64,000 bases of DNA, from contig CAZEDO010000003.1 in the NCBI GenBank assembly GCA_964511085.1, positions 3,883 through 67,882 of the forward strand. The letters run 5' to 3'. The position numbers and the translations under genes were made by a program. The stretch is from an uncultured Lentimicrobiaceae bacterium. Its GTDB lineage: Bacteria > Bacteroidota > Bacteroidia > Bacteroidales > DASVHX01. A model generated the notes under the pieces. The model did not search any database, had not been told where the DNA came from, and was given only the letters and a program-made list of their open reading frames with translations. Below, piece by piece: positions 18,589 to 27,716 of the stretch. Each line of letters begins with the position of its first letter. Position 1 is the stretch's first letter.

Positions 18589-21500
18589 TTATGGTAAAGC
18601 AACAGAAACAGCTGCTGCTGCATTATTTTCCACAATAGACATATCGCTGGAATCAACCAGGCCATCTCCATTGACATCTTCAGCTAAATAACCACTTGAA
18701 GCAATAGCGGATAAATTTTCAACAATTGACATATCACCTGAGTCAACTATTCCATCCTGGTTTGCATCGCCTCCAAATATTGCATATCCACCACTTCCCA
18801 TTTGAACTAGATTGCTGCCAAATGCTTTTATTGGATTATCAAAGCTATAAGTTATATTGCTACCAGAAAATGATATTATAGAAGAAGAAACTGTAGCTAT
18901 GCTGTTGCGATGCCTGATAGCCACATAATATAAACTATTGTATATACCTGGCAAAGTGAGTGTTGCAGATCCATCAGTATTCAAGTCAATATTATAAGCA
19001 GTGTAAATAATGTTATTGTACAAGGATCCGTCATGCAGTTCTATAGTGATCTGATCAGCAATGGCACCTGCGAATTGATCGCCTGAAACACCCTGTGCTT
19101 TTCTCATGTAGCCAGGGCTATAATACAATCCTTCAAGGAAAAGGTTTAGGTTGAATGTTTTGTTTGAAGTTAAGGTTTGAGCAGCTTCGTTTGAATAAGC
19201 TGAACTCCCGGAAGCATTATAAGCTACAACACGGTAAGTATACAGAATTGAAGCAGAGAGTCCGGTATTACTGTAGTTTGTTATGTTTGCGCTTACTGTT
19301 CCTATTTCAGTAAATGCTCCGGCGTCAGCTTTGCGCTCAATCCTGAATCCTGTTTCATTTGATGAGTTGTCAGCCCACATAAGATTAATCTGGCCTGGTG
19401 GTACTGCTGTAGCGGTAAGACTGGAGGGTGCTGCCGGAGGCAGTGTATATTCATTTGCACCAATATCGGCGGCAGCGGTATAAAGAGCATTTCCCCAATA
19501 ATCTCTGCCTCCATTATTTGAAATTGTTTTACCGGTGTTTATACATGATGATCCGGACTGGAGTTTGTATCCACTTACTGTATTAAGACCAAATCCACCG
19601 CTTCCGGGACTCACCAGCTTTGGATCGGTGGTCACTTTATGAGCATCAGATGGTTCCGTTGAAGGATGAATTCCGTAAAAACAATTGTAATCAATAGACC
19701 TTGTATATCCTGTAGTCCAATCGTAGCTGGCCGTGGGACTGAGATTATAAATCAGGTTGTTGTTGAATGTATATATCCTTGATCCGGCACCACCAACATT
19801 GCGTTCAGAAATGATTAAAGGTGAAAGATTTGATGGTATATAAACAGTGTTATTGTATATACGAACGGAAGTAACAGGATAATTGATGCAAAAAATTACC
19901 CCTTGGTCATTCTGACTAATGTTATATCGGCAAACCACATTCACATCTGCCTGAACGGTACAAGTCCAGAAAAGACCGTGGGCATTATCGTGGCTGTAAC
20001 TATACTGCCAGTATGTATTTGGCGAACGCAGGTCGGCATCATATAAACTGCCGTCAGCATCAGGCGAATTATTATCGTATCCTTCATTGTACTGAAAAAC
20101 AGTTCCTGAACAGGCTGCTGAAAATATTGTATTTCCTGTGATTCCGTTTGCTGTATTATAACATACATTGTTTTCAATAACTCCTCCTTCAAACAGACGG
20201 ATTATCATCGCATTTTTGGAAATATTGGAGATCGTATTATTGCGGATTACTGCATTGGTGATCTTCATTGAGTTCCATTCTGCAGAATAAGGATCAAATC
20301 CATCATCCGTTACACACTCAGTAATTATTCCCTGATTCTCGCACGAAGAAATCACACAATTTTCGATAAGGATATCATTAAAATGAGTTTCCTGTGAAGC
20401 AACTGAAACAATTGCAAAACCAATTCCACCTGTACGCTTGTCTGTACGTTCTTGACCAACAGAGCCTTTAATGTTATGAATATACAGATTCTTCAAATAA
20501 ATATGATTGGCAGTACCAAAATTCTCTGCTTCAATCCGCACACCTCTGCGATCGCCTGCAGCAGCAGCATTATTCGTAATTTCCAGGTTATTGACTTCCC
20601 AGTATTGCTGATTATAAAGGTAAACCACTCCTGTTCCGGTCATACCATTTCCATCGATTATTGGTTTATTTCCTTCACCATACATATCGATAATAATTGG
20701 GCTTCCTGAAATTCCAGAGCCTTTTGGATATAACTTTCCGGTCCAGACTCCTCCAGCCTTAAATAAAATCCTGTTATTAGCAGTAAAAGTTGTTGCATTT
20801 ACTTTAGTAAGTGTTTTCCATGCGGTAGCAGAAGACAAACCGTTGTTTGCATCATTCCCTCCGGTAAAATCAATAAAATATGTAATTATTTCTATACTTT
20901 GAGTTGTAGCTGAAGCTTCGTTTGAATAAGCAGAGTTACCTGTTACATTATAGGCTAAAACACGGAAAGTATATAGCGTAGATGGAACAAGTCCGGTGTT
21001 GCTATAGCTTATTATGTTTGGCCCAACGATAGCTATTTGCGCAAATGTACCAGTTCCTGTCTTTCTCTCAATAATGAAACCGGCTTCATTACTGGCATGA
21101 TCGGTCCAGAAAAGTTGAATTTCACTTGAAGAGATACTATTGGCAGTAAGATTGTCGGGCGAAATTGGTAATGTTGGGGCACCCAATGTTGTAGCGGAAG
21201 ATTCGTTTGAATATGCCGAGTTCCCGAAAGTATTGAAAGCAAATACACGGTATGTATATAAAGTAGATTCATTAAGCCCCGTATTACTATAACTATTAAC
21301 ATTCGCACCTACAGATGCAATTTCGGTATAAGTACCTGATCCTGTCTTACGCTCAATTTTATAGCCGTCTTCATTGTTGGCATTATCTGTCCATGTTAAA
21401 TCTATCTGGTTTGAAGCTATTGTATTTGCTGCCAAATTAGTTGGGGCGTCAGGAACAACTGGGTTTGAAACGATTACAAGTTCAGGCCGGTTGGCCACTG

Positions 21501-22029
21501 CTTCTTTACTGCTGAAAGTGATAGTTGGCGTGGTGACTGTAGCCGAATAAACAACAATGCTTATTATTTTATCGTTTCCGGAGAACTGGCTTTGAACGTA
21601 GGTAGTTATATCCCATTCATAATATCCAGGTGATGCTAACAATGGGGTAGTAGCAATTATTGTTCCTTCTGCAGGTGCGTTGCTCCATGTTAATCCAGTT
21701 TCCGTCCATCCATCAGCTACCTGATGAATGTTCATAGAAACAGCTGTAGAGGTTGTAGCATATAATCTTATTATAGCGCTGGAAACCACGGTTACACCTG
21801 ATGTTGTTAAATCAAATTTTAGATATGCCTTACGAAAATTAACCGACGTAGCTTTTTTTACTATCAAATCCACTGCAGTTCCATAGTTTGTTGTGGCATT
21901 CGCATCATAAATGTACGAATCGGCAGTTGGGTTATAAGTTGCCGCCAAAGCAACCTTTCCTGGAATTAGCAAGGCTATTATTATGAAAAAAGAAGAGAAA
22001 AATGTTGTTTTTGATATGAATCGTTTCAT
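18589..22029 (-). CDS. Giant secreted enzyme: DNRLRE-like domain, 2x FN3, right-handed parallel beta-helix, FN3, dockerin-like C-terminal module
   Basis: 1146 aa. N-terminal signal peptide, then a DNRLRE-like region (TADSYIYDANATTNYG..KAYLKFDL) and FN3 repeats (IDLTWTDNANNEDGYKIERK). The beta-helix core is homologous to 59570..61930 over about 480 aa. The last 190 aa are FLEGLY beta-sandwich plus DANQDGIVDSGD / DVNGDGLVDSSD loops. Confidence 0.85.
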   Translation of the reverse strand: MKRFISKTTFFSSFFIIIALLIPGKVALAATYNPTADSYIYDANATTNYGTAVDLIVKKATSVNFRKAYLKFDLTTSGVTVVSSAIIRLYATTSTAVSMNIHQVADGWTETGLTWSNAPAEGTIIATTPLLASPGYYEWDITTYVQSQFSGNDKIISIVVYSATVTTPTITFSSKEAVANRPELVIVSNPVVPDAPTNLAANTIASNQIDLTWTDNANNEDGYKIERKTGSGTYTEIASVGANVNSYSNTGLNESTLYTYRVFAFNTFGNSAYSNESSATTLGAPTLPISPDNLTANSISSSEIQLFWTDHASNEAGFIIERKTGTGTFAQIAIVGPNIISYSNTGLVPSTLYTFRVLAYNVTGNSAYSNEASATTQSIEIITYFIDFTGGNDANNGLSSATAWKTLTKVNATTFTANNRILFKAGGVWTGKLYPKGSGISGSPIIIDMYGEGNKPIIDGNGMTGTGVVYLYNQQYWEVNNLEITNNAAAAGDRRGVRIEAENFGTANHIYLKNLYIHNIKGSVGQERTDKRTGGIGFAIVSVASQETHFNDILIENCVISSCENQGIITECVTDDGFDPYSAEWNSMKITNAVIRNNTISNISKNAMIIRLFEGGVIENNVCYNTANGITGNTIFSAACSGTVFQYNEGYDNNSPDADGSLYDADLRSPNTYWQYSYSHDNAHGLFWTCTVQADVNVVCRYNISQNDQGVIFCINYPVTSVRIYNNTVYIPSNLSPLIISERNVGGAGSRIYTFNNNLIYNLSPTASYDWTTGYTRSIDYNCFYGIHPSTEPSDAHKVTTDPKLVSPGSGGFGLNTVSGYKLQSGSSCINTGKTISNNGGRDYWGNALYTAAADIGANEYTLPPAAPSSLTATAVPPGQINLMWADNSSNETGFRIERKADAGAFTEIGTVSANITNYSNTGLSASILYTYRVVAYNASGSSAYSNEAAQTLTSNKTFNLNLFLEGLYYSPGYMRKAQGVSGDQFAGAIADQITIELHDGSLYNNIIYTAYNIDLNTDGSATLTLPGIYNSLYYVAIRHRNSIATVSSSIISFSGSNITYSFDNPIKAFGSNLVQMGSGGYAIFGGDANQDGIVDSGDMSIVENLSAIASSGYLAEDVNGDGLVDSSDMSIVENNAAAAVSVALP

Positions 22030-22071
22030 TTAGTCGCTGTATAAAGTTAATTAAAAATTGACATTACCAAT

Positions 22072-23151
22072 TCAAAAATTTATCTGTCTATAGATATCTG
22101 AATTTAATTGAACATTAGATTTCAGAACCAAGTTGTGTATATAATCTAAATATAATTTGTCGAGAAACGACGCCCTGATAGTTCTTTTACAATCATTAAA
22201 ACTCCTGTAGCCTAATAATCTCTTCTCTTTTACCTGAAAGATATATAATGCATCAGGATACTCTTTTACAGGGCTCCGTTCATTTATGAGCATCTTATTC
22301 GCTGCTTCTTTTACCAGTGATTTAACTGCATTGTCTTCTTCCTGCGAATAAACAGAATCGTTGTAAATGATATCTTCAACAGTTAACAAAACTGCCTGAT
22401 TTTTTTTATATTTTTCTTTAATTTCGGCAATATAGGATTCGTTCGTAAAAATGCTATCTGCAATATCAGTAAGCATTAGGGCTACATCTTTTCTTAATTT
22501 ACTATCCTCTTCAAAGTTATTTTCAGGTTTGATTTTCATACCTATCAGGCGAATTTTCATGTAATAACCCCTGCGATAAAGGCGATTCTTATCAATCTCA
22601 TAAACTTGCTTTAGTTTTTCATCTGAAATGCTGAAAACTTTTTCGTCTAACACGTTTTTCAGTTGGTTTACCATGTTAGTGAAAAGATAATTGTAATATA
22701 CATCTTCGCTGTACTGAACCGGCCCGTAAATTACTTTATTCAACTTCCTGGCTTCAAGCCTTCTATTGTTTTCCTTTTGGAGTAACCTAAGAAATTCCAT
22801 GTAGCTGATATCCGATACTATACCCCATTTTTTTGCGCTGATTTGCTGAATTTTGATCTGTTCCAACGTATCAAGGGTTTCCTTTTTCAATATATCAGAT
22901 GGTGTTTTACCGTCATAGGCTTTGCTCCAAAATTCATTATTGTATTCGGAACCATAGTTGATCCGGAAATACCGGATTACTTGCGAACGCCTTTTTTCAG
23001 CGCATTTCATAAATTCTCTTACAATTATTGGCTCACCATTAACAAAGGCTACTACAGAAGTATCTGCAAGCATTGTCTGGGCTATGCATGGGTAACCAGA
23101 AACTATGACAAACATGATCAAAATACATATTCTTCTCAAACATAAATGCAT
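22072..23151 (-). CDS. Secreted SurA-N-terminal-like / PpiD-like chaperone candidate (no PPIase motif seen)
   Basis: Signal peptide MHLCLRRICILIMFVIVSGYPCIAQ (start moved to the internal ATG at 23151). The VAFVNGEPIIVREF segment resembles SurA/PpiD N-terminal chaperone domains. It sits between two dockerin-type giant genes. Confidence 0.45.
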   Translation of the reverse strand: MHLCLRRICILIMFVIVSGYPCIAQTMLADTSVVAFVNGEPIIVREFMKCAEKRRSQVIRYFRINYGSEYNNEFWSKAYDGKTPSDILKKETLDTLEQIKIQQISAKKWGIVSDISYMEFLRLLQKENNRRLEARKLNKVIYGPVQYSEDVYYNYLFTNMVNQLKNVLDEKVFSISDEKLKQVYEIDKNRLYRRGYYMKIRLIGMKIKPENNFEEDSKLRKDVALMLTDIADSIFTNESYIAEIKEKYKKNQAVLLTVEDIIYNDSVYSQEEDNAVKSLVKEAANKMLINERSPVKEYPDALYIFQVKEKRLLGYRSFNDCKRTIRASFLDKLYLDYIHNLVLKSNVQLNSDIYRQINF

Positions 23152-23341
23152 TTCAGATTTATTAAAGCTCAATAACAACACAAACATCCTTATAAGATTC
23201 TTTGATGAATTAACAAATGTAATTAAGAATGTGCATCATAAAGTTATTGATTAGTCAACTCAGGTATCTTGAACGATCATTTACCTTACTAATTATTTGA
23301 AAACTATTTGTCAAAGCAATAGAATTCCAGGTAATACTAAT

Positions 23342-26300
23342 TTATGGAGTGGAAGATGCAACAGCAGATGCAGCATTGTTTTCAACAATCGACATGTCAC
23401 CGCCATCTATAAGGCCGTCTCCATTAGCATCTTCAGCTAAATATCCATTTGAAGCAACAGCAGAAGAGTTCTCAACAGGTGCCATATCGCCGGAGTCAAC
23501 TATTCCATCCTGGTTTATGTCTCCTCCATATATAGCATATACACTACCATCCCTAAGGAGGAGGTTGCTGCCAAAGGCTTTTTCAGGTGAATCAAATGCA
23601 AATCCGATTACTCCATTAGCAAAGGAAACAGGAAAAGCACAAGTTGTTGTAATACTGTTTCGATGCTTTACAGTAATATAATAAGAACTTCCCAGGGTAG
23701 CGGGAACTACAATTGAAGCATTTCCAACTGTGCTAAGATCCACATTATTGAAAGAATACACCTTTGTAGCATAGTTTGCAGCGTTATGCAATTCAACTGA
23801 TATCTGATCGGCAATATCGCCTGGAAATTGATCACCCATATCACCCTGTGCTTTTAACATCGTGCTATTTCCATTGTAAAGTCCCTCCAGAAATAATGCT
23901 AAATTTAGAGTCCTGTTAGCGACAGCATCATTTGAATATTCAGAATTGCCAGCAACATTATAAGCGCAAACACGATATGTATAGGATTTTGGTTTGGCAT
24001 TAACTTTACTCCATTCCTGGGCAAAAAAAGATGCCAACCATGCCGAAATCTCCGTTTCGTGCCCAAGACAGCTATGAGTAGCACCAGGAATGATATGTAG
24101 TTCGTTTGTAACACCAACAGCATCAAGTGCATTGTGCAAATCAATACTATTCTGTGGAAGAATTGTTACATCTGCATCACCATGAACCAATATAGAAGGC
24201 ACATCTGTTGATTGAAGGTAATTAGCAGTTGAATAAGGAGGTGAAGGATAAACCCATCCCCTCATTTCAGGTTCAAGTCCTCCCCAAAGAGTAGCATTAG
24301 CAACAATTCCAGTCTTGTTCCAAAGAGTTGTCAGGTACTGATTTTCTGGCGGAGATATTGCTGTTGGGTCTGGACCATCGAACTGGCATACTGTTTGAGC
24401 GGTTCTGCCACCTGCTGAACCACCAGCTATAAAGATAAGGTTTGGATCAATATGATATGTTGCTGCGTTTGCTTTTATCCAGCTAATGGCTGCGTTTGCA
24501 TCCCTTGCTGCATCCTGAAGGGCTGGAAACTCGGAAGCCTGAGTGGGCATATCGGCTGCTAAACGCAGTCTGTAGTCGATGGACATGCAAACGTATCCGC
24601 GCTTTGCAAACCTTGTACTGTAATCCACAATATAACCCTGGGTCCTGTATGAATCTGTTCTGAATCCTCCACCATGAATCCAAATAATCACCGGACGGGC
24701 TTGCGTGGCATCACCAGTTGGTTGATATATATCCAGCAGGAGCTCAGTTGGAACTCCTTTGTAATTAATTACATCGGCAAATTTTACTCCCGAAGTAACT
24801 GTTATAGCAGCAAACCGGTCAGCCGGGATAAAAGCACCAGGGTCAAGTCCTGGCATTGAATTACCAGAAGTAGTCACATCTGCTCCAGTGGTAGCTACTT
24901 GAGTAAAAAGTCCGTTGTCAGGTTTGCGCTCTATCCGAAATCCTGCTTCAGTTGAATTATTATCCGACCAGCTAAGATTGATCTGAGTTGCTGAGGATGG
25001 AATAGCTGATAAACTATATGGAGCTCCCAGTGCCACTGAGAAATTCACCCTGTAAGTATTCGTGGATATTCCATCGGGTGCAGTTACAAGAACAGTTGTT
25101 GTGCCTGGCATACTTGTAGCATTTGAAACAAGTATAGTTGAAGCAGGTTGAGTTGCTGTTGCTGTAACTATTGGCACTGTTGAAGTTCCGGCAGGTAATA
25201 TCACATTATATGAGTAGGTGGTTGGGGAGAATCCTGATATTGTAGTACTACCGACTTTCAAGTCACTAAGTGAGGCATCTGCCGTAGAATTCATGGTAAG
25301 GCTGATATCATCTATGTAAAACAAACCTTGTGAAGTTGTACCTGTATTTGCTGTTCCACGTAAACTCAACATTATACCGGAACTGTTATCATTCACAGGA
25401 ATAATTACCTGGTGCCATATTGTAGTACTCCCATCCATTGGCATTGGATCGGTGCTGATGGTTGTCCAGCTTGAACCACCGTCAGTTGATTTCTCAACAT
25501 AAAGATGCAGTTGGTGCAAAGGATCGGCATCCAGTACCCTCACATAAAATTCCAAAATCCCGGCTGTATTGCATGAAGGAGAAATTAATGTTCCTCCATC
25601 GAGAGGTGCTGTCCATTTAAATTTTGGACATGATAATCCTGGTGAAAAGAGGCCAACTCCATTTGAAGCGGAATTGCTTATATTTCCAGTAAAAGACCAA
25701 CTTGCAGGTGGAAAAGCGGCAAATCCCTCCTTGAAATGATAAGCCATTCCTGAAGATATATTAAATACAACTGAATAAGTTTTAGTAGTAACTCCGTCCT
25801 GTGCTGTTACTACAACGGTTCCTGTTCTTTGGGCCAATGTTCCTATAAGGTTTGCAGGTGGTACAAATCCCAAAGTTGCACCGGGTTGGGCTGTAGTAGC
25901 TACCAACGTCAACGAAGATACTTCATCTGGCAGTTCTGTTGTATAATTTAATACAGAAGAAGAAAAGCCGGTGACCATAACACTTTGGCTTCCTCCTGAA
26001 GGCAACCACCTGAGGTTACTCAGATTGGCATCGTTTGAAGGAGCTGCCAATGTAAACGCAACGGTATAGGTTAATTGGGTTATTCCATCCTGTGCTGTAA
26101 CAAGCAAGCTTGTGGAACCTGGCAATGAAACAGCTGGAGTAATAGCAACATTAGCCAATCCGAACGTCGGAGTAGCTGTAACTGTTGGTACAATTGTCGT
26201 ACCAAAAGGTAGTTCAACTGAATAAGTATAAATCGCGGATGCAAAACCTGCAACGGTAGCTCCGTCTATTTTAAGATCATTCAAACTGGCATCAGTACTG

Positions 26301-27460
26301 ATGGTATTGGAAAGTGTTGTAAAAGTTGAAGATTGGGTTCCTGATAAATTCCCGGCTCCATCCTTTACCGGCCCTGTTGCAATGTAGTAGGATTGGGAGT
26401 AATCTAGTTCAGAGGAAGGAATCAGGGTTATAATTGTTTTAGAATCATTGATTGAAGCACTAAATGGTACATCTGTTCCAGCAGCATCCGTGGTTTTGAA
26501 AACAACAAGCGATGCCAGATCCGCATTTGTAAGAGGAGTTCCATCAGCTTTAATTACAGGCGCATCGAAAGTTATTGTTGGCATTACGTTCCTTAGTACA
26601 TCTATTGCTCCGTTTGCAGGCACGAACGTAGCAACTGGTGCCACATTATCAAATGCAACAGCATCTGTCCATGTAGTTGCAACTCTTAATCCATCAATCA
26701 TAGCTGATGGACCATTAGCCCTTTGAGTAAGCATTACGGAACGCATCCCGGCCGCGTCAGTAGTCGTAATGTCTGCATAGGAAATTGAAGGAGTTGGTTC
26801 AGGCATGCCAGGAACCGGATTAATGAAAAGGTCAACATTATCATTTGTTGTGCCAATGACAAATGTGTACTTATAAACTAACAAATAAGTTGTATTGAGC
26901 TGATAATTGAAGGCAGTCCAGCCTGATGTTGGTGAAGTTGGAGGAGTAGTTCCTTTTGCAATCCCGAATGAAATTCCACTTGCACCATCACTTTTAATAT
27001 AGACCCTGGCCCTCACTACACTAGCTGTTCCCGATGTACTTGCATCAATTTTATTTGCCAGAAAATACTCTCCTGCAACAGTAGCGCTGGTAATTTTAAC
27101 CATGCACGCAACATAAACACTACCGGTGGTCAAAGCAGATGGAACAAATTGTTTAAAAGGATCCATCCCATCAGCTGGCCCCACCAACTGGGCCGAATTT
27201 CCAATTCCTGAACTGGCATACCCGGTATAGAATAAACCTTCACTTGCAACATTTAAAGGCACTGTTCCAGTCCCCTGAAGTGTGTAGCCTGGCGTTGGTA
27301 CTGCTGTAAGTGAGACTCCTGCCGGATAAGCGAAATTATCAACCAAGAGTTGTGCAGAGCTAACCTCTGCAGATAGCATTATTACCAGAAGAGCAATTGT
27401 TCGAATAGAAAGCAGGATTGCCCCGGCCATGTCTTTCACTTTTGTATAAGAAGGTTTCAT
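23342..27460 (-). CDS. Giant secreted multidomain protein with a nested alpha/beta-hydrolase (esterase) and a dockerin-like C-terminal module
   Basis: 1372 aa with the same N-terminal LamG-like, Ig, cadherin-like and MAM-like domain order as 15560..18385. Has HGGG (aa 929-932), GGSAG (aa 1012-1016), HGDAD and GATHS esterase motifs. The last 190 aa carry DINQDGIVDSGD / DANGDGLIDGGD loops. Confidence 0.85.
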   Translation of the reverse strand: MKPSYTKVKDMAGAILLSIRTIALLVIMLSAEVSSAQLLVDNFAYPAGVSLTAVPTPGYTLQGTGTVPLNVASEGLFYTGYASSGIGNSAQLVGPADGMDPFKQFVPSALTTGSVYVACMVKITSATVAGEYFLANKIDASTSGTASVVRARVYIKSDGASGISFGIAKGTTPPTSPTSGWTAFNYQLNTTYLLVYKYTFVIGTTNDNVDLFINPVPGMPEPTPSISYADITTTDAAGMRSVMLTQRANGPSAMIDGLRVATTWTDAVAFDNVAPVATFVPANGAIDVLRNVMPTITFDAPVIKADGTPLTNADLASLVVFKTTDAAGTDVPFSASINDSKTIITLIPSSELDYSQSYYIATGPVKDGAGNLSGTQSSTFTTLSNTISTDASLNDLKIDGATVAGFASAIYTYSVELPFGTTIVPTVTATPTFGLANVAITPAVSLPGSTSLLVTAQDGITQLTYTVAFTLAAPSNDANLSNLRWLPSGGSQSVMVTGFSSSVLNYTTELPDEVSSLTLVATTAQPGATLGFVPPANLIGTLAQRTGTVVVTAQDGVTTKTYSVVFNISSGMAYHFKEGFAAFPPASWSFTGNISNSASNGVGLFSPGLSCPKFKWTAPLDGGTLISPSCNTAGILEFYVRVLDADPLHQLHLYVEKSTDGGSSWTTISTDPMPMDGSTTIWHQVIIPVNDNSSGIMLSLRGTANTGTTSQGLFYIDDISLTMNSTADASLSDLKVGSTTISGFSPTTYSYNVILPAGTSTVPIVTATATQPASTILVSNATSMPGTTTVLVTAPDGISTNTYRVNFSVALGAPYSLSAIPSSATQINLSWSDNNSTEAGFRIERKPDNGLFTQVATTGADVTTSGNSMPGLDPGAFIPADRFAAITVTSGVKFADVINYKGVPTELLLDIYQPTGDATQARPVIIWIHGGGFRTDSYRTQGYIVDYSTRFAKRGYVCMSIDYRLRLAADMPTQASEFPALQDAARDANAAISWIKANAATYHIDPNLIFIAGGSAGGRTAQTVCQFDGPDPTAISPPENQYLTTLWNKTGIVANATLWGGLEPEMRGWVYPSPPYSTANYLQSTDVPSILVHGDADVTILPQNSIDLHNALDAVGVTNELHIIPGATHSCLGHETEISAWLASFFAQEWSKVNAKPKSYTYRVCAYNVAGNSEYSNDAVANRTLNLALFLEGLYNGNSTMLKAQGDMGDQFPGDIADQISVELHNAANYATKVYSFNNVDLSTVGNASIVVPATLGSSYYITVKHRNSITTTCAFPVSFANGVIGFAFDSPEKAFGSNLLLRDGSVYAIYGGDINQDGIVDSGDMAPVENSSAVASNGYLAEDANGDGLIDGGDMSIVENNAASAVASSTP

Positions 27461-27508
27461 ATATCAGTTTTTAAAGATTTCCTATTTGATTTGATAAGTT
27501 TCACGAAG

Positions 27509-27576
27509 CTAAAATAGATCAGAGTACTCTATGGCGGGTTTCGGAATTGTTCAATTCGGTTTCTTTATTGCCCAAT
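27509..27576 (-). promoter_or_regulatory. Promoter/operator module B (GAAACC-N15-GAAACC-N20-TATTTTAG)
   Basis: Proximal repeat at 27537-27542, distal at 27558-27563. Box at 27509-27516 and ATTGCCCAAT palindrome at 27567-27576. Confidence 0.65.
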
Positions 27577-27600
27577 CAACCAGTGATGATTATTTTTATC

Positions 27601-27643
27601 AAAAAAAGCATTTACTAATGGAAGACCACCGGTAAATGCTTTT
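27601..27643 (-). terminator. Rho-independent terminator after miniprotein gene 27717..27950
   Basis: AAAGCATTTAC / GTAAATGCTTT stem followed, on the minus strand, by a T7 run. The arm sequence is shared with the terminator at 31635-31674. Confidence 0.75.
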
Positions 27644-27716
27644 CATTTTAAGCTAATAGCTTTATGCTTATATAAGTTACTACATACTAATAACCAAGGC
27701 TTTCGTCATTCTTCAG

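Noticed and set aside
18361-18600. Apparent 1-nt offset between my reading of the printed sequence and the ORF-track frames near 18361 and across 31441-31740. Taken at face value it would imply frameshifts in the 5' ends of 15560..18385 and 27966..31481.
   Set aside because: The ORF track shows intact ORFs, and the offset starts exactly at line boundaries. I attribute it to my manual counting. The genes are not called pseudogenes, and hand-derived coordinates in these two regions were shifted by -1 to agree with the track (stated tolerance +/-2 nt).
15560-23914. Calling the island a Bacteroidota cellulosome.
   Set aside because: Only dockerin-like loops are seen. The window has no cohesin or scaffoldin candidate and no cellulase-family catalytic domain. 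The claim would go well beyond the sequence evidence.
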